Source: Coleofasciculus sp. B1-GNL1-01 (GTDB lineage: Bacteria; Cyanobacteriota; Cyanobacteriia; Cyanobacteriales; Coleofasciculaceae). Taken from it: DNA of 13,721 nt. Below are positions 1 to 8,202 of this stretch, piece by piece. The notes beneath the pieces are model-generated. The model saw nothing but the letters and a program-made list of their open reading frames with translations. It made no database searches and was not told the DNA's origin. The stretch is from assembly GCA_040220235.1 (NCBI GenBank), contig JAVJTO010000005.1; one strand, written 5' to 3'. The translations under genes and the position numbers were made by a program. Each line of letters starts with the position of its first letter. The first letter of the stretch is position 1.

Positions 1-1
1 A

Positions 2-1486
2 GCCCTACGCAGTCTGGTGGAACGGTATGGTTGTATCGCGGGCTATCCCGATGGCACCTATCGCGGGAATCGAGCCTTAACCCGATTTGAGTTTGCTGCT
101 GGTTTGAATGCGTGCTTACAGCAAATTGAGCGTTTACTCCCCAATGGCGAACTGGAGGGGAGTGATTTGGCAACCTTACGACGGTTGGTGCAAGAATTTG
201 AGGCGGAATTGGCGACTCTGGGAGCGCGAGTGGACAATTTGGAGGGTCGAGTCGCCTTTTTAGAGGATCATCAGTTTTCCACAACAACCAAACTTCGCGG
301 AGAAGTCAGCTTTTCCCTGAGTAGCGTGTTTGGGGATGAAAAGGCAGATGGTAGTGGAGAAGATTTGGAAGATGAAGTGGTTTTCGACAACCGAGTGCGT
401 CTATTTTTAGCGACGAGTTTTACAGGAGAGGATTTGTTACTAACTCGTTTGGATGCACTGAATCCGGTTCCTTTTGGTCCGGGTGAAGGAGATAATCCCA
501 ATATTACCGGAACTAGCATGACCCGCTTCGCTTTTGATGAAGGCAATGATAATGATTTAGCTCTTGGCAAGATAAGATATAGCTTCTCTCTGGGAGAAAT
601 GGCAGCGTCACATAATCAGGAAGAAGAGGAACATGGACATGGTGCCGTTAAAGATGCCAAACTTTCCTTTATGATTGATGCCGTTGGCGGCGAGTTTGCC
701 GGGAACTTTGCCAACTATAACGAGTTTTTCTCGGGAGAAATGACGGGGGCAATTTCTCGTTTCGGGCGTTTCAATCCGATTTATTATCAGGGAGTCGGAG
801 GCACGGGTGCTAGTTTGACCTATAACTTCAATTCGGCACTTAATTTATCCTTGGGTTATTTGGCTGCCAATGCTAATGATCCGAGTCAGAAAAACGGATT
901 GTTTAATGGTCGCTATGCTGCCATCGCCCAACTGGGGATTGAACCGAGCGAAGCTTTGCGTTTGGGTCTGACTTATGTGCGTTCCTATTATCCTGGGGGA
1001 AAGGTGGTGGTTTCTGGGAAGACGGGGAGTGAATTGGCAAATGTGCCATTTGGGGAAGATACTGCCACGTCAGCGGATCAGTTTGGGCTTTCTGCTAGTT
1101 TGCGTCTCAGTCCCGCTTTTACGCTTTCGGGGTGGGGCGGTTTGACCCTGGCTCATGCTCAAGATAATGGTTTCAATAATGGTGTCTTGGTGGATGAGGG
1201 CGATGACGCCACTATTTTTAACTGGGCAGTTACCCTGGCATTGCCTGATTTTGGCTCAGAGGGGAGTTTGCTGGGGTTTGTTGTCGGACAACCGCCGAAG
1301 GTGACGGATAATGATGGCGGTTTTGAGGATGATGATACGTCTTGGCATCTGGAAACTCAGTATCGTTATCAACTCACGGATAATATCGCGATTAATCCGG
1401 GGGTGTTCGTGATTCTTAACCCAGAACACGATGATAACAATGACACGATTTGGGTGGGGACGCTTCGCACCATCTTTGAATTCTAG
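2..1486 (+). CDS. Cyanobacterial outer-membrane porin (SLH domain + OprB-like barrel, 'iron uptake porin' type), 5'-truncated by the window edge
   Basis: The frame is open from base 2 (ALRSLVERYGCIAGYPDGTYRGNRALTRFEFAAGLNACL, the SLH motif of cyanobacterial porins), so GTG17 is internal. It continues through the coiled coil LRRLVQEFEAELATLGARVDNLEGRVAFLE and QFSTTTKLRGEV, and ends GTLRTIFEF with a terminal Phe. Confidence 0.93.
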   Translation, partial: ALRSLVERYGCIAGYPDGTYRGNRALTRFEFAAGLNACLQQIERLLPNGELEGSDLATLRRLVQEFEAELATLGARVDNLEGRVAFLEDHQFSTTTKLRGEVSFSLSSVFGDEKADGSGEDLEDEVVFDNRVRLFLATSFTGEDLLLTRLDALNPVPFGPGEGDNPNITGTSMTRFAFDEGNDNDLALGKIRYSFSLGEMAASHNQEEEEHGHGAVKDAKLSFMIDAVGGEFAGNFANYNEFFSGEMTGAISRFGRFNPIYYQGVGGTGASLTYNFNSALNLSLGYLAANANDPSQKNGLFNGRYAAIAQLGIEPSEALRLGLTYVRSYYPGGKVVVSGKTGSELANVPFGEDTATSADQFGLSASLRLSPAFTLSGWGGLTLAHAQDNGFNNGVLVDEGDDATIFNWAVTLALPDFGSEGSLLGFVVGQPPKVTDNDGGFEDDDTSWHLETQYRYQLTDNIAINPGVFVILNPEHDDNNDTIWVGTLRTIFEF

Positions 1487-1528
1487 AGACGTGCCATGTG
1501 TAGAGACGTAGCATGCTACGTCTCTACA
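1484..1528. repeat. REP-like short dispersed repeat (half copy plus perfect 30-bp palindrome)
   Basis: TAGAGACGTGCCATG (1484-1498) is followed by TGTAGAGACGTAGCA|TGCTACGTCTCTACA (1499-1528), a perfect inverted repeat immediately after the porin stop codon. Confidence 0.85.
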
Positions 1529-1583
1529 TTCATTAAGAATTGGGTGAAAGGGATTGTCGCCTAGGGCAAAAACGTTTAGTATA

Positions 1584-1598
1584 TGATAATGATAATCA
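1584..1598 (+). promoter_or_regulatory. Zur box (7-1-7) overlapping a candidate -10 element
   Basis: TGATAATGATAATCA matches the cyanobacterial Zur consensus TGATAATnATTATCA at 13/14 positions and lies 13 nt before ATG1612. TATGAT at 1582-1587 is a possible -10. A weaker overlapping copy is at 1590-1604. Confidence 0.8.
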
Positions 1599-1611
1599 TT
1601 TTAAGCAATAT

Positions 1612-2583
1612 ATGGTAACAGCTCAAGCCTCCAGTACCATTCCGGTTACTGTTCTCACCGGCTATCTCGGCGCGGGGAAAACCACCCTGCTCAACCACAT
1701 CCTCACTTACGAACATGGCAAGAAAGTCGCCGTCATCGTCAACGAGTTTGGAGAAGTCGGTATTGATAACCAATTAGTGATTGATGCCGATGAAGAAATC
1801 TTTGAGATGAACAACGGGTGCATTTGCTGTACCGTCCGAGGGGATTTGATGCGGATTATCGGGAACCTAATTAAGCGGCGTAACAAGTTTGACCATTTGG
1901 TGATAGAAACCACTGGACTGGCTGACCCCGCCCCCGTAATTCAAACCTTTTTTATTGATGAAGATATGCGGCAGCAACTGCTTTTAGATGCGGTGGTAAC
2001 GGTGGTGGATGCCAAGCATATTTGGCAGCATTGGGAAGCAGATGAAGCGCAAGAACAGATTGCCTTTGCTGATGTAATTTTGCTCAACAAGACAGATTTA
2101 GTTTCCCCGGATAAGTTAGATGAATTGGAGAAGCGAATACGGGGGATGAATGCTCTAGCAAAAATTTACCACACCCAAAACTCTGAGTTAGGCATGGAGG
2201 CGTTACTGGGTGTGAAAGCCTTTGACCTCAACCGTGCTTTGGAGATTGATCCCAACTTCCTCAGCGAAGATGCTCACGAACATGATGAGTCGGTTCATTC
2301 CTTTGCTTTGGTTGAATCAAAACCTGTGGATGGGGAAAAACTGAATAATTGGCTCTCGCAATTGTTGCAAACCAAGGGTCCTGATATTTTCCGGATGAAG
2401 GGAATTATCAACATGGCTGGAGAAGAGCAACGCTTTGTCTTTCAAGGGGTACATATGTTGTTTGATGGTCGAGGCGATCGCGCCTGGAAACCTGGAGAAC
2501 GCCGCAAAAGCGAACTGGTGTTTATTGGTCGCAATTTAGAGGAAGCGAAGCTGAGAGAGGATTTTAGAGCGTGTCTGGTTTAG
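1612..2583 (+). CDS. COG0523 (CobW/ZigA-like) G3E metallochaperone GTPase #1
   Basis: Walker A GYLGAGKTT, VNEFGE, GCICC, ETTGLADP, NKTD and a CobW_C region (FRMKG...VFIGRNL). ATG1612 (323 aa) is preferred over TTG1540 because the longer version runs through the Zur box. Confidence 0.93.
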   Translation: MVTAQASSTIPVTVLTGYLGAGKTTLLNHILTYEHGKKVAVIVNEFGEVGIDNQLVIDADEEIFEMNNGCICCTVRGDLMRIIGNLIKRRNKFDHLVIETTGLADPAPVIQTFFIDEDMRQQLLLDAVVTVVDAKHIWQHWEADEAQEQIAFADVILLNKTDLVSPDKLDELEKRIRGMNALAKIYHTQNSELGMEALLGVKAFDLNRALEIDPNFLSEDAHEHDESVHSFALVESKPVDGEKLNNWLSQLLQTKGPDIFRMKGIINMAGEEQRFVFQGVHMLFDGRGDRAWKPGERRKSELVFIGRNLEEAKLREDFRACLV

Positions 2584-3647
2584 GGATTACCCAGAAAAAT
2601 CTATTAGAACAACAGTGGTGTGGGCAACTCTCGGAGTATGTCACGGCTGTGGCTTGGTCCGTTGATGGGTGTTTAGCGGTGAGTTCAGCGGCGGGGGAGG
2701 TTCTGCTGTGGGATGGGGGGAATGGTGACTCACGCTTAATTCTTGGTTCAGACAACACAGGTGAACAGTCGATTGATTGTCTGGACTTTTCCCCCGATGG
2801 GCAATTTTTGGCAGCCGGAGGACAAGATGGTGGGGTGAGAATTTGGCAGGTGAAGCCCCAACTTCAATTGATCACGACTCTCAATAATGCCCCCAAATGG
2901 GTTGACCACCTGCGTTGGAGTCCCACGGCTAACCAATTGGCATTTAGTTTAGGGCGTTATGTTCAAGTGTGGGATGCGGCTGAACAAGAAACGATTATCA
3001 CATTACCTTTTGACTCGTCCTCAGTATTGGGAATGACTTGGCAACCTCAAGGACAGCATTTAGCGATCGCGGGTGATCAGGGTGCTAAGGTTTGGGATAG
3101 TCGAAATTGGGATGATGACCCTTTCCTTGTCGATATGGCGGCGGCGAGTATGGCGATTGCTTGGTCACCGGATGGCAAGTATCTCGCGTCTGGTAATCTC
3201 GATTTAACCATTACAGTCGTCCAATGGGGTAATCCTCATCCGTGGGTGATGCGGGGATTTCCCGGCAAAATTCGTAACTTGAGATGGTCAAAATCCCTGT
3301 CAAATACTGCACCATTGTTAGCGGCGTCCAGTGGTGAGGGGATTGTGATCTGGAAAAAGCAAACGGATGATCGTCAGGGTTGGGATGCACGGGTTTTAGA
3401 TCTGCATACTGAAATCGTCCAGGATATCGCTTTTCAACCCAAGAGTTTACTGTTAGCGTCAGCGAGTAATGATGGCTGGGTTTGTCTGTGGCAAAAAGCC
3501 AAGCAAATTGCCCAAATTATGAACGGTGCTACCCAGGGTTTTTCTTGTCTGGCTTGGCATCCTGGAGGAAGTCAATTGGCGGCTGGTGGTCAAAATGGGG
3601 AGGTTTTAGTGTGGTCAGAATCCAAACGGGGTAAAGGATTTGGTTAA
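2571..3647 (+). CDS. WD40-repeat beta-propeller protein
   Basis: Repeated units such as AVAWSVDG..LAV..GEVLLWD, FSPDGQFLAAGGQDGGVRIW, WSPDGKYLASGN and WHPGGSQLAAGGQNGEVLVW. The GTG start overlaps the upstream gene by 13 bp, and the exact start is uncertain. Confidence 0.9.
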   Translation: MSGLGITQKNLLEQQWCGQLSEYVTAVAWSVDGCLAVSSAAGEVLLWDGGNGDSRLILGSDNTGEQSIDCLDFSPDGQFLAAGGQDGGVRIWQVKPQLQLITTLNNAPKWVDHLRWSPTANQLAFSLGRYVQVWDAAEQETIITLPFDSSSVLGMTWQPQGQHLAIAGDQGAKVWDSRNWDDDPFLVDMAAASMAIAWSPDGKYLASGNLDLTITVVQWGNPHPWVMRGFPGKIRNLRWSKSLSNTAPLLAASSGEGIVIWKKQTDDRQGWDARVLDLHTEIVQDIAFQPKSLLLASASNDGWVCLWQKAKQIAQIMNGATQGFSCLAWHPGGSQLAAGGQNGEVLVWSESKRGKGFG

Positions 3648-3677
3648 TGAAAGTTTGCTGAATAAGGAACATATATA

Positions 3678-3702
3678 TGTAGAGACGCGCCATGGCGCGT
3701 CT
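3678..3702. repeat. REP-like palindrome, same family as 1499-1528
   Basis: TGTAGAGACGCGCCATGGCGCGTCT contains a perfect 20-bp palindrome at 3683-3702. Confidence 0.8.
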
Positions 3703-3735
3703 GGAAAGCTGGCACAGAGAATAAATAATCAATAA

Positions 3736-4011
3736 ATGACAATAGTAATGGATTTATTTTCTCGGACTGACCAACAAACCCATCCCGAAAAAATCCAGCA
3801 AATTAAACACTGGATTTATCAGGTTTTGGAGATTAATGAAAAAATTTCCGTGTCTCTGAGTCAATTGCGTTGTAGTGAACCGGGATGTCCACCCATTGAA
3901 ACTGTTATTGCCATCTTGGACAAACCCCAGCGACAGTATAAAATCCACAAACCTATTGCAGAACTAGAACAAATTGACATTCAAAACTTGCTACCTTTGA
4001 CGAGGAATTAA
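3736..4011 (+). CDS. Small hypothetical protein with a CxxPGCPPxET motif
   Basis: 91-aa ORF co-directional with the cluster, containing LRCSEPGCPPIETVI and IHKPIAE. An alternative start is ATG3748. Confidence 0.75.
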   Translation: MTIVMDLFSRTDQQTHPEKIQQIKHWIYQVLEINEKISVSLSQLRCSEPGCPPIETVIAILDKPQRQYKIHKPIAELEQIDIQNLLPLTRN

Positions 4012-4143
4012 AATACAACCATAAATTTCTCAATCAATGGCGACAACGAATTGGGTTAGCCTTTCACAGTGATAGAGGATATCGCTTATGGTTTAGCCAA
4101 TTTGCAATTACCCAAAGCCGAATTTGAACAAAAGCAATTATAA
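4002..4143 (+). pseudogene. cbiO: Internal remnant of an ECF-transporter ATPase (CbiO/EcfA-like)
   Basis: My translation gives EELKYNHKFLNQWRQRIGLAF (4002-4064), then a frame change at 4065, then TVIEDIAYGLANLQLPKAEFEQKQL* (4066-4143). These match the segments flanking the CbiO Q-loop, with the QxPxxQL core missing. Confidence 0.7.
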
Positions 4144-4145
4144 CG

Positions 4146-4478
4146 ATGACTCAAATTCTTGATGCTTTGCCCCCAGATTTTCCCGCGAAAATATTATGTG
4201 GCTATTTCAATCAGACGAGACAAGTTCAGATTGTGCGGATTGTCAATATTTCCAATTGGTACTTTGAGCGAGTCGTATTTCCTCGGCAACATCTCTTATT
4301 TGAAGCCTGTTCTGAGGCTCAACTGGAAATTTATACAGGCGCAATGAACCAAGAAATTATTCTAGATAGAATTGGCTGCGATCGGTTATGCATTCAACGG
4401 AAATTCATCCGATCGCCTAACCAAGACTTAAAAAAACTCCCAGTTTTTCACCATTCCAGTCATCGAACGTTCAACTAG
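4146..4478 (+). CDS. DUF1830 family protein
   Basis: MTQILD..ILCGYFNQT..VQIVRI.NISNWYFERVVFP.Q.LLFEA..EAQLEI is the typical pattern of cyanobacterial DUF1830 proteins. Confidence 0.85.
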   Translation: MTQILDALPPDFPAKILCGYFNQTRQVQIVRIVNISNWYFERVVFPRQHLLFEACSEAQLEIYTGAMNQEIILDRIGCDRLCIQRKFIRSPNQDLKKLPVFHHSSHRTFN

Positions 4479-4580
4479 AGCGTCGGTCAAGTATTCCGAG
4501 AAACCGGGTTTCTCGTGAGGATGACAACGAAATATCAAGCTTTCACCCAAAGAAACCCGGTTTCTTGACCGATGTCCTAG
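4475..4580. mobile_element. 106-bp MITE-like element bounded by CTAG, with two internal AGAAACC(G/C)GGTTTCT palindromes
   Basis: The ends CTAGAGCGTCGGTCAAG (4475-4491) and CTTGACCGATGTCCTAG (4564-4580) are inverted repeats matching at 14/17. Internal palindromes lie at 4497-4515 and 4550-4566. Confidence 0.7.
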
Positions 4581-4663
4581 CCTGTTCTTGATCGTGTCAG
4601 ATTCTCGAATCCATCAACTACTTTTGTGATCTAGATTGAGCAAAATAGATAGCTAAATTCCCC

Positions 4664-4678
4664 TGATTATTACTGTCA
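4664..4678 (+). promoter_or_regulatory. Putative Zur box
   Basis: TGATTATTACTGTCA matches the consensus at 11/14, is nearly identical to the box at 8203, and lies 13 nt before hemB ATG4692. Confidence 0.6.
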
Positions 4679-4691
4679 ATTGCTTTAACCA

Positions 4692-5027
4692 ATGTCATCA
4701 AAAAACTCCGTTTCTCATCACTTTACATCAGCCAACCTCCTGTTACCCAATCGCCCCAGGCGTCTGCGTCGCACACCAGCCATGTGCCGGATGGTGCGAG
4801 AAACTCAGCTTAGTGTTAACGATCTAATTTATCCCCTGTTTGTTATGAAAGGCGAGAGTCATCAGCAGGAAATAATGTCCATGCCGGGATGCTACCGTTA
4901 TTCCGGGGATTTACTACTCAAAGAAGTAGAAAACGTCTTTGAATTAGGGATTAATGCGATCGCGCTATTCCCAGTTATCCCTGAAGACAAGAAAGATGCC
5001 ACCGCCATGATGTTGCAGGGAACGTAA
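4692..5027 (+). pseudogene. hemB: Porphobilinogen synthase (HemB), N-terminal third only
   Basis: RPRRLRR..MVRETQLSVNDLIYPLFV..I.SMPG.YRYS.DLLLKEV..GINAIALFPVIPEDKKD is the HemB N-terminus. The ORF stops at 111 aa versus about 330 aa for the family, so the catalytic lysines are absent. Confidence 0.88.
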
Positions 5028-5088
5028 ACATCCCATCTACCGATCATTGGAGTTATACCAACCGAGACTCTCATCCTAAAAGATAACC

Positions 5089-6159
5089 ATGATACAGACA
5101 ACAAAACAAACAGAATTGGAAATCGTAAACCTTCCCAAACGAGGAATGCCAGTCACAATTATTACCGGATTTCTGGGGAGTGGCAAAACCACCTTAGTTA
5201 ATCAAATTCTCGAAAATAAGCAGAATTTGAAAGTCGCTGTTTTAGTGAATGAGTTTGGAGATATCAATATTGACTCCCAGCTTCTGGTTTCTTTCGATGA
5301 AGACATGGTGGAGTTGAGTAATGGTTGTATCTGCTGTACAATTAATGATGGGTTAGTTGATGCTATTTATCGTGTTTTAGAACGGGAAGACCGGATTGAC
5401 TATTTAGTCATTGAAACCACGGGAGTGGCTGATCCGTTACCTATTGCGATTACCTTTTTAGGGACGGAACTGCGAAACTTGACGCGGTTGGATTCGATCT
5501 TAACGGTAGTCGATGCGGAAACGTTCACTCCAGAGCATTTTGACAGTGAAGCCGCGTTTTCACAGGTGGCGTATGGTGATATCGTTTTGCTGAATAAAAC
5601 AGATCGCGCTGATCCGAAAAAGCTGGATGAATTAGAGAGTTATATCCGCGTAATTAAACAGGGAGCAAGGCTCATCCGTTGTCAATATGGTCAAGTGCCA
5701 TTACCTTTAATTTTGGATGTGGGATTAACCCAGATAGAGAACTACCAGCAGGAGTTAGAGGAAAGCCAGCACCACGATCATGATCATTCCCATCATGATC
5801 ACTCCCATCATGATCACTCCCATCACCATCATGATCACTCTCATCATTCCCATCACTTAGAAAATGATGGATTTGTTTCCCTGTCTTTCCAGAGCGATCG
5901 CCCTTTTGATGTCCACAAATTTGAGTATTTTTTGACTGAACAGATTCCGAATACTGTGTTTCGGGCAAAAGGCATTCTCTGGTTTAGTGATAGCCCTTTA
6001 CGCCATATCTTTCAACTCAGCGGTCCTCGTTTTGAATTAAACGCTGAACCTTGGTTAGGTTCGCCTAAAAATCAGCTCGTCTTGATTGGGCGTCATCTCG
6101 ATCTAGATGAAATCAAAACGATACTAGACAACTGTCTGGCTGAATCGGTAAAATTATAG
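5089..6159 (+). CDS. COG0523 metallochaperone GTPase #2 with a long His-rich linker
   Basis: [26 protein letters not shown] and CobW_C. The linker has 19 His in 29 residues (5770-5856). Confidence 0.94.
   Translation: MIQTTKQTELEIVNLPKRGMPVTIITGFLGSGKTTLVNQILENKQNLKVAVLVNEFGDINIDSQLLVSFDEDMVELSNGCICCTINDGLVDAIYRVLEREDRIDYLVIETTGVADPLPIAITFLGTELRNLTRLDSILTVVDAETFTPEHFDSEAAFSQVAYGDIVLLNKTDRADPKKLDELESYIRVIKQGARLIRCQYGQVPLPLILDVGLTQIENYQQELEESQHHDHDHSHHDHSHHDHSHHHHDHSHHSHHLENDGFVSLSFQSDRPFDVHKFEYFLTEQIPNTVFRAKGILWFSDSPLRHIFQLSGPRFELNAEPWLGSPKNQLVLIGRHLDLDEIKTILDNCLAESVKL
5770..5856 (+). repeat. In-frame degenerate tandem repeat (CATCATGATCACTCC, HHDHS) encoding the His tract
   Basis: Exact 15-bp copies at 5791-5805 and 5806-5820, with degenerate copies on both sides. 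Confidence 0.8.
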
Positions 6160-6235
6160 TCAATTAATTGTTAATTGTTGGCTGAATTTCATTTCCGTTT
6201 CACTTCAATTTTGTCGTTTATCAAATCCTTCCATC

Positions 6236-6883
6236 ATGACCTTATCTCAATCAAAGCCGATGGCGTTAAATGGTGTAATGCCATCCCTTTCAACTTCAGA
6301 TCAACCCCTTGTCTCTGACGAAGAAATGAGGCAAGCTGTGCGTACTTTGTTACTGGGATTGGGAGAAGATCCAGACCGCGAAGGATTACAAGATACCCCT
6401 AAGCGTGTGGTTAAAGCTTTAAAGTTTTTGACATCGGGTTATCACCAATCCCTGGATGAATTACTCAATGGTGCAGTATTTACCGAAGATGCTAATGAAA
6501 TGGTGCTGGTGCGGGATATCGATATTTTTAGCTCCTGCGAGCATCATATTCTGCCGATTCTCGGTCGCGCTCACGTTGCCTATATTCCCAATGGTAAGGT
6601 GATTGGACTGTCCAAAATTGCTCGGATTTGCGAAATGTATGGGCGGCGCTTGCAAGTACAGGAACGTCTGACGGCACAAATTGCCGATGGACTCGTGGGA
6701 TTACTCAAGCCTAAAGGTGTAGCTGTAGTCGTGGAAGCGACGCATATGTGCATGGTGATGCGAGGTGTGCAAAAGCCAGGGTCTTGGACTGTGACCAGTG
6801 CGGTGCGAGGGGTGTTTGCTGAGGATGCCCGGACTCGCCAGGAGTTCATGGATTTGGTGCAACATAACCCAAGGTTTAATTAG
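6236..6883 (+). CDS. folE: GTP cyclohydrolase I (type IA, Zn-dependent)
   Basis: [43 protein letters not shown] and HMCMVMRGV are all present, and the Cys/His Zn ligands are intact. Confidence 0.96.
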   Translation: MTLSQSKPMALNGVMPSLSTSDQPLVSDEEMRQAVRTLLLGLGEDPDREGLQDTPKRVVKALKFLTSGYHQSLDELLNGAVFTEDANEMVLVRDIDIFSSCEHHILPILGRAHVAYIPNGKVIGLSKIARICEMYGRRLQVQERLTAQIADGLVGLLKPKGVAVVVEATHMCMVMRGVQKPGSWTVTSAVRGVFAEDARTRQEFMDLVQHNPRFN

Positions 6884-6961
6884 CGTGCCTGTTCGTTAGG
6901 GGCGATCACCTAATCCTAGGAGAAAGCCCTTTTTTTGCGTCTTGATGATCAAAATTATTAC

Positions 6962-7065
6962 TATAGCATTTCCAAGCTGTACGTGAAAATCTTACCCCTC
7001 CCAAACCCTCCCCTTAGCAAGGGGAGGGCAGGGGTGGGGTTCACAACTCAAATGAAAACGCTATA
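6962..7065. mobile_element. 104-bp MITE-like element with TA-flanked imperfect terminal inverted repeats and an internal GC hairpin
   Basis: The left end TATAGCATTTCCA..GTGAA matches the reverse complement of the right end, TATAGCGTTTTCA..GTGAA. An internal hairpin CCCTCCCCTT-AGC-AAGGGGAGGG lies at 7006-7028. Confidence 0.7.
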
Positions 7066-7134
7066 TACAATTGGTTTAGGGCGAGTCAGATCGTTCAATC
7101 CGCCAATTTGTCGTTATTCAACAGGAGGGATTTT

Positions 7135-8133
7135 ATGACCTCTAGTGTCAAACCAGTTCGTCCCACATCTGTCACCGCTTCTGGGCGGGGAATACCTGTT
7201 ACCATCATCACAGGTTTTTTGGGAAGCGGCAAAACCACGCTGCTCAATTATATTTTGCATAATCGTCAGGACTTGAAGATAGCCGTTATTGTTAATGAAT
7301 TTGGCGACATTGATATCGACTCCAAACTCTTGGTATCGATTGATGAAAATATGGTGCAACTGAGTAATGGTTGTATTTGCTGCACGATTAATGAAAATCT
7401 GGTTGATACGGTTGATGGGTTAATTCACCGTGATAATCCAGTGGATTACATCCTGGTTGAAACCACGGGGGTGGCAGATCCGTTGCCAATTATGCTGAGT
7501 TTTATCACCACAGAATTACAAACCGTTACTCACATTGATTCCATATTGACGGTTGTTGATGCCGAATCGTTGACGCCGAATCACTATGACAGTGAAGCGG
7601 CACTGAATCAACTCATTTTTGCAGATATTATTCTGTTGAATAAAACCGATTTGGTTGCCCCAAAACGAATCAATCAACTCAAGGAGTATATTCGTTCCCT
7701 GAAACCTGAAGCTAGAGTCCTCCAAACCCAATATGGACAGGTGTCATTACCACTGATTTTGGATGTGAACCTTAATCAGCCTAGCACCTATCAACGTGCA
7801 GCACCAGCCGAGCATCATCTAGCTGATGATCATCAGTCTCACCATCTGGAACATGATCAGTTTATGGCAGTGTCATTTGAGAGCGATCGCGCCTTAAATC
7901 TGCCCAAATTTCAAGCCTTTATCGATAACCTACCTACCAATGTTTATCGGGGTAAGGGCATTCTCTGGTTTCAGGGGAGTCAGTTACGCCATCTGTTTCA
8001 ATTAAGTGGTAAGCGATGTGATATGAAAAGTGAACGTTCTCATCCTCCTCATTGTAATCAACTCGTTTTCATTGGACGAAATTTAAATGCCGAGTGGATT
8101 CGACAAGAATTAGCCGATTGCATGGCAAGTTAA
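7135..8133 (+). CDS. COG0523 metallochaperone GTPase #3
   Basis: [26 protein letters not shown], a short His linker and CobW_C. ATG7135 is chosen because an AGGAGG ribosome-binding site lies at 7123-7128. Confidence 0.93.
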   Translation: MTSSVKPVRPTSVTASGRGIPVTIITGFLGSGKTTLLNYILHNRQDLKIAVIVNEFGDIDIDSKLLVSIDENMVQLSNGCICCTINENLVDTVDGLIHRDNPVDYILVETTGVADPLPIMLSFITTELQTVTHIDSILTVVDAESLTPNHYDSEAALNQLIFADIILLNKTDLVAPKRINQLKEYIRSLKPEARVLQTQYGQVSLPLILDVNLNQPSTYQRAAPAEHHLADDHQSHHLEHDQFMAVSFESDRALNLPKFQAFIDNLPTNVYRGKGILWFQGSQLRHLFQLSGKRCDMKSERSHPPHCNQLVFIGRNLNAEWIRQELADCMAS

Positions 8134-8202
8134 GAACTGAAATAAACGATTCATCCTGTTAATAAGTATCCGATTTTAGCATCTGATTCAAAAACGATAA
8201 CC

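Noticed and set aside
1540..1611. N-terminal ORF extensions (TTG1540, TTG7108, TTG11939, ATG13215)
   Set aside because: They run through regulatory or leader DNA and add no family-like sequence. Downstream ATGs fit better.
3717..3731. Zur-like half-site ATAATCA before the CxxxxC gene
   Set aside because: The left half-site matches poorly.
6161..6177. TTAATTG heptamer pair upstream of folE
   Set aside because: Only two AT-rich units, too weak to interpret.
6896..6936. Intrinsic terminator after folE
   Set aside because: A T-run is present but the stem is short with a long loop, so it is not supportable.
6935..7138. 67-aa ORF in the folE-COG0523 #3 gap
   Set aside because: It is a chance reading through the MITE hairpin (PLPNPPLSKGRAGVG).
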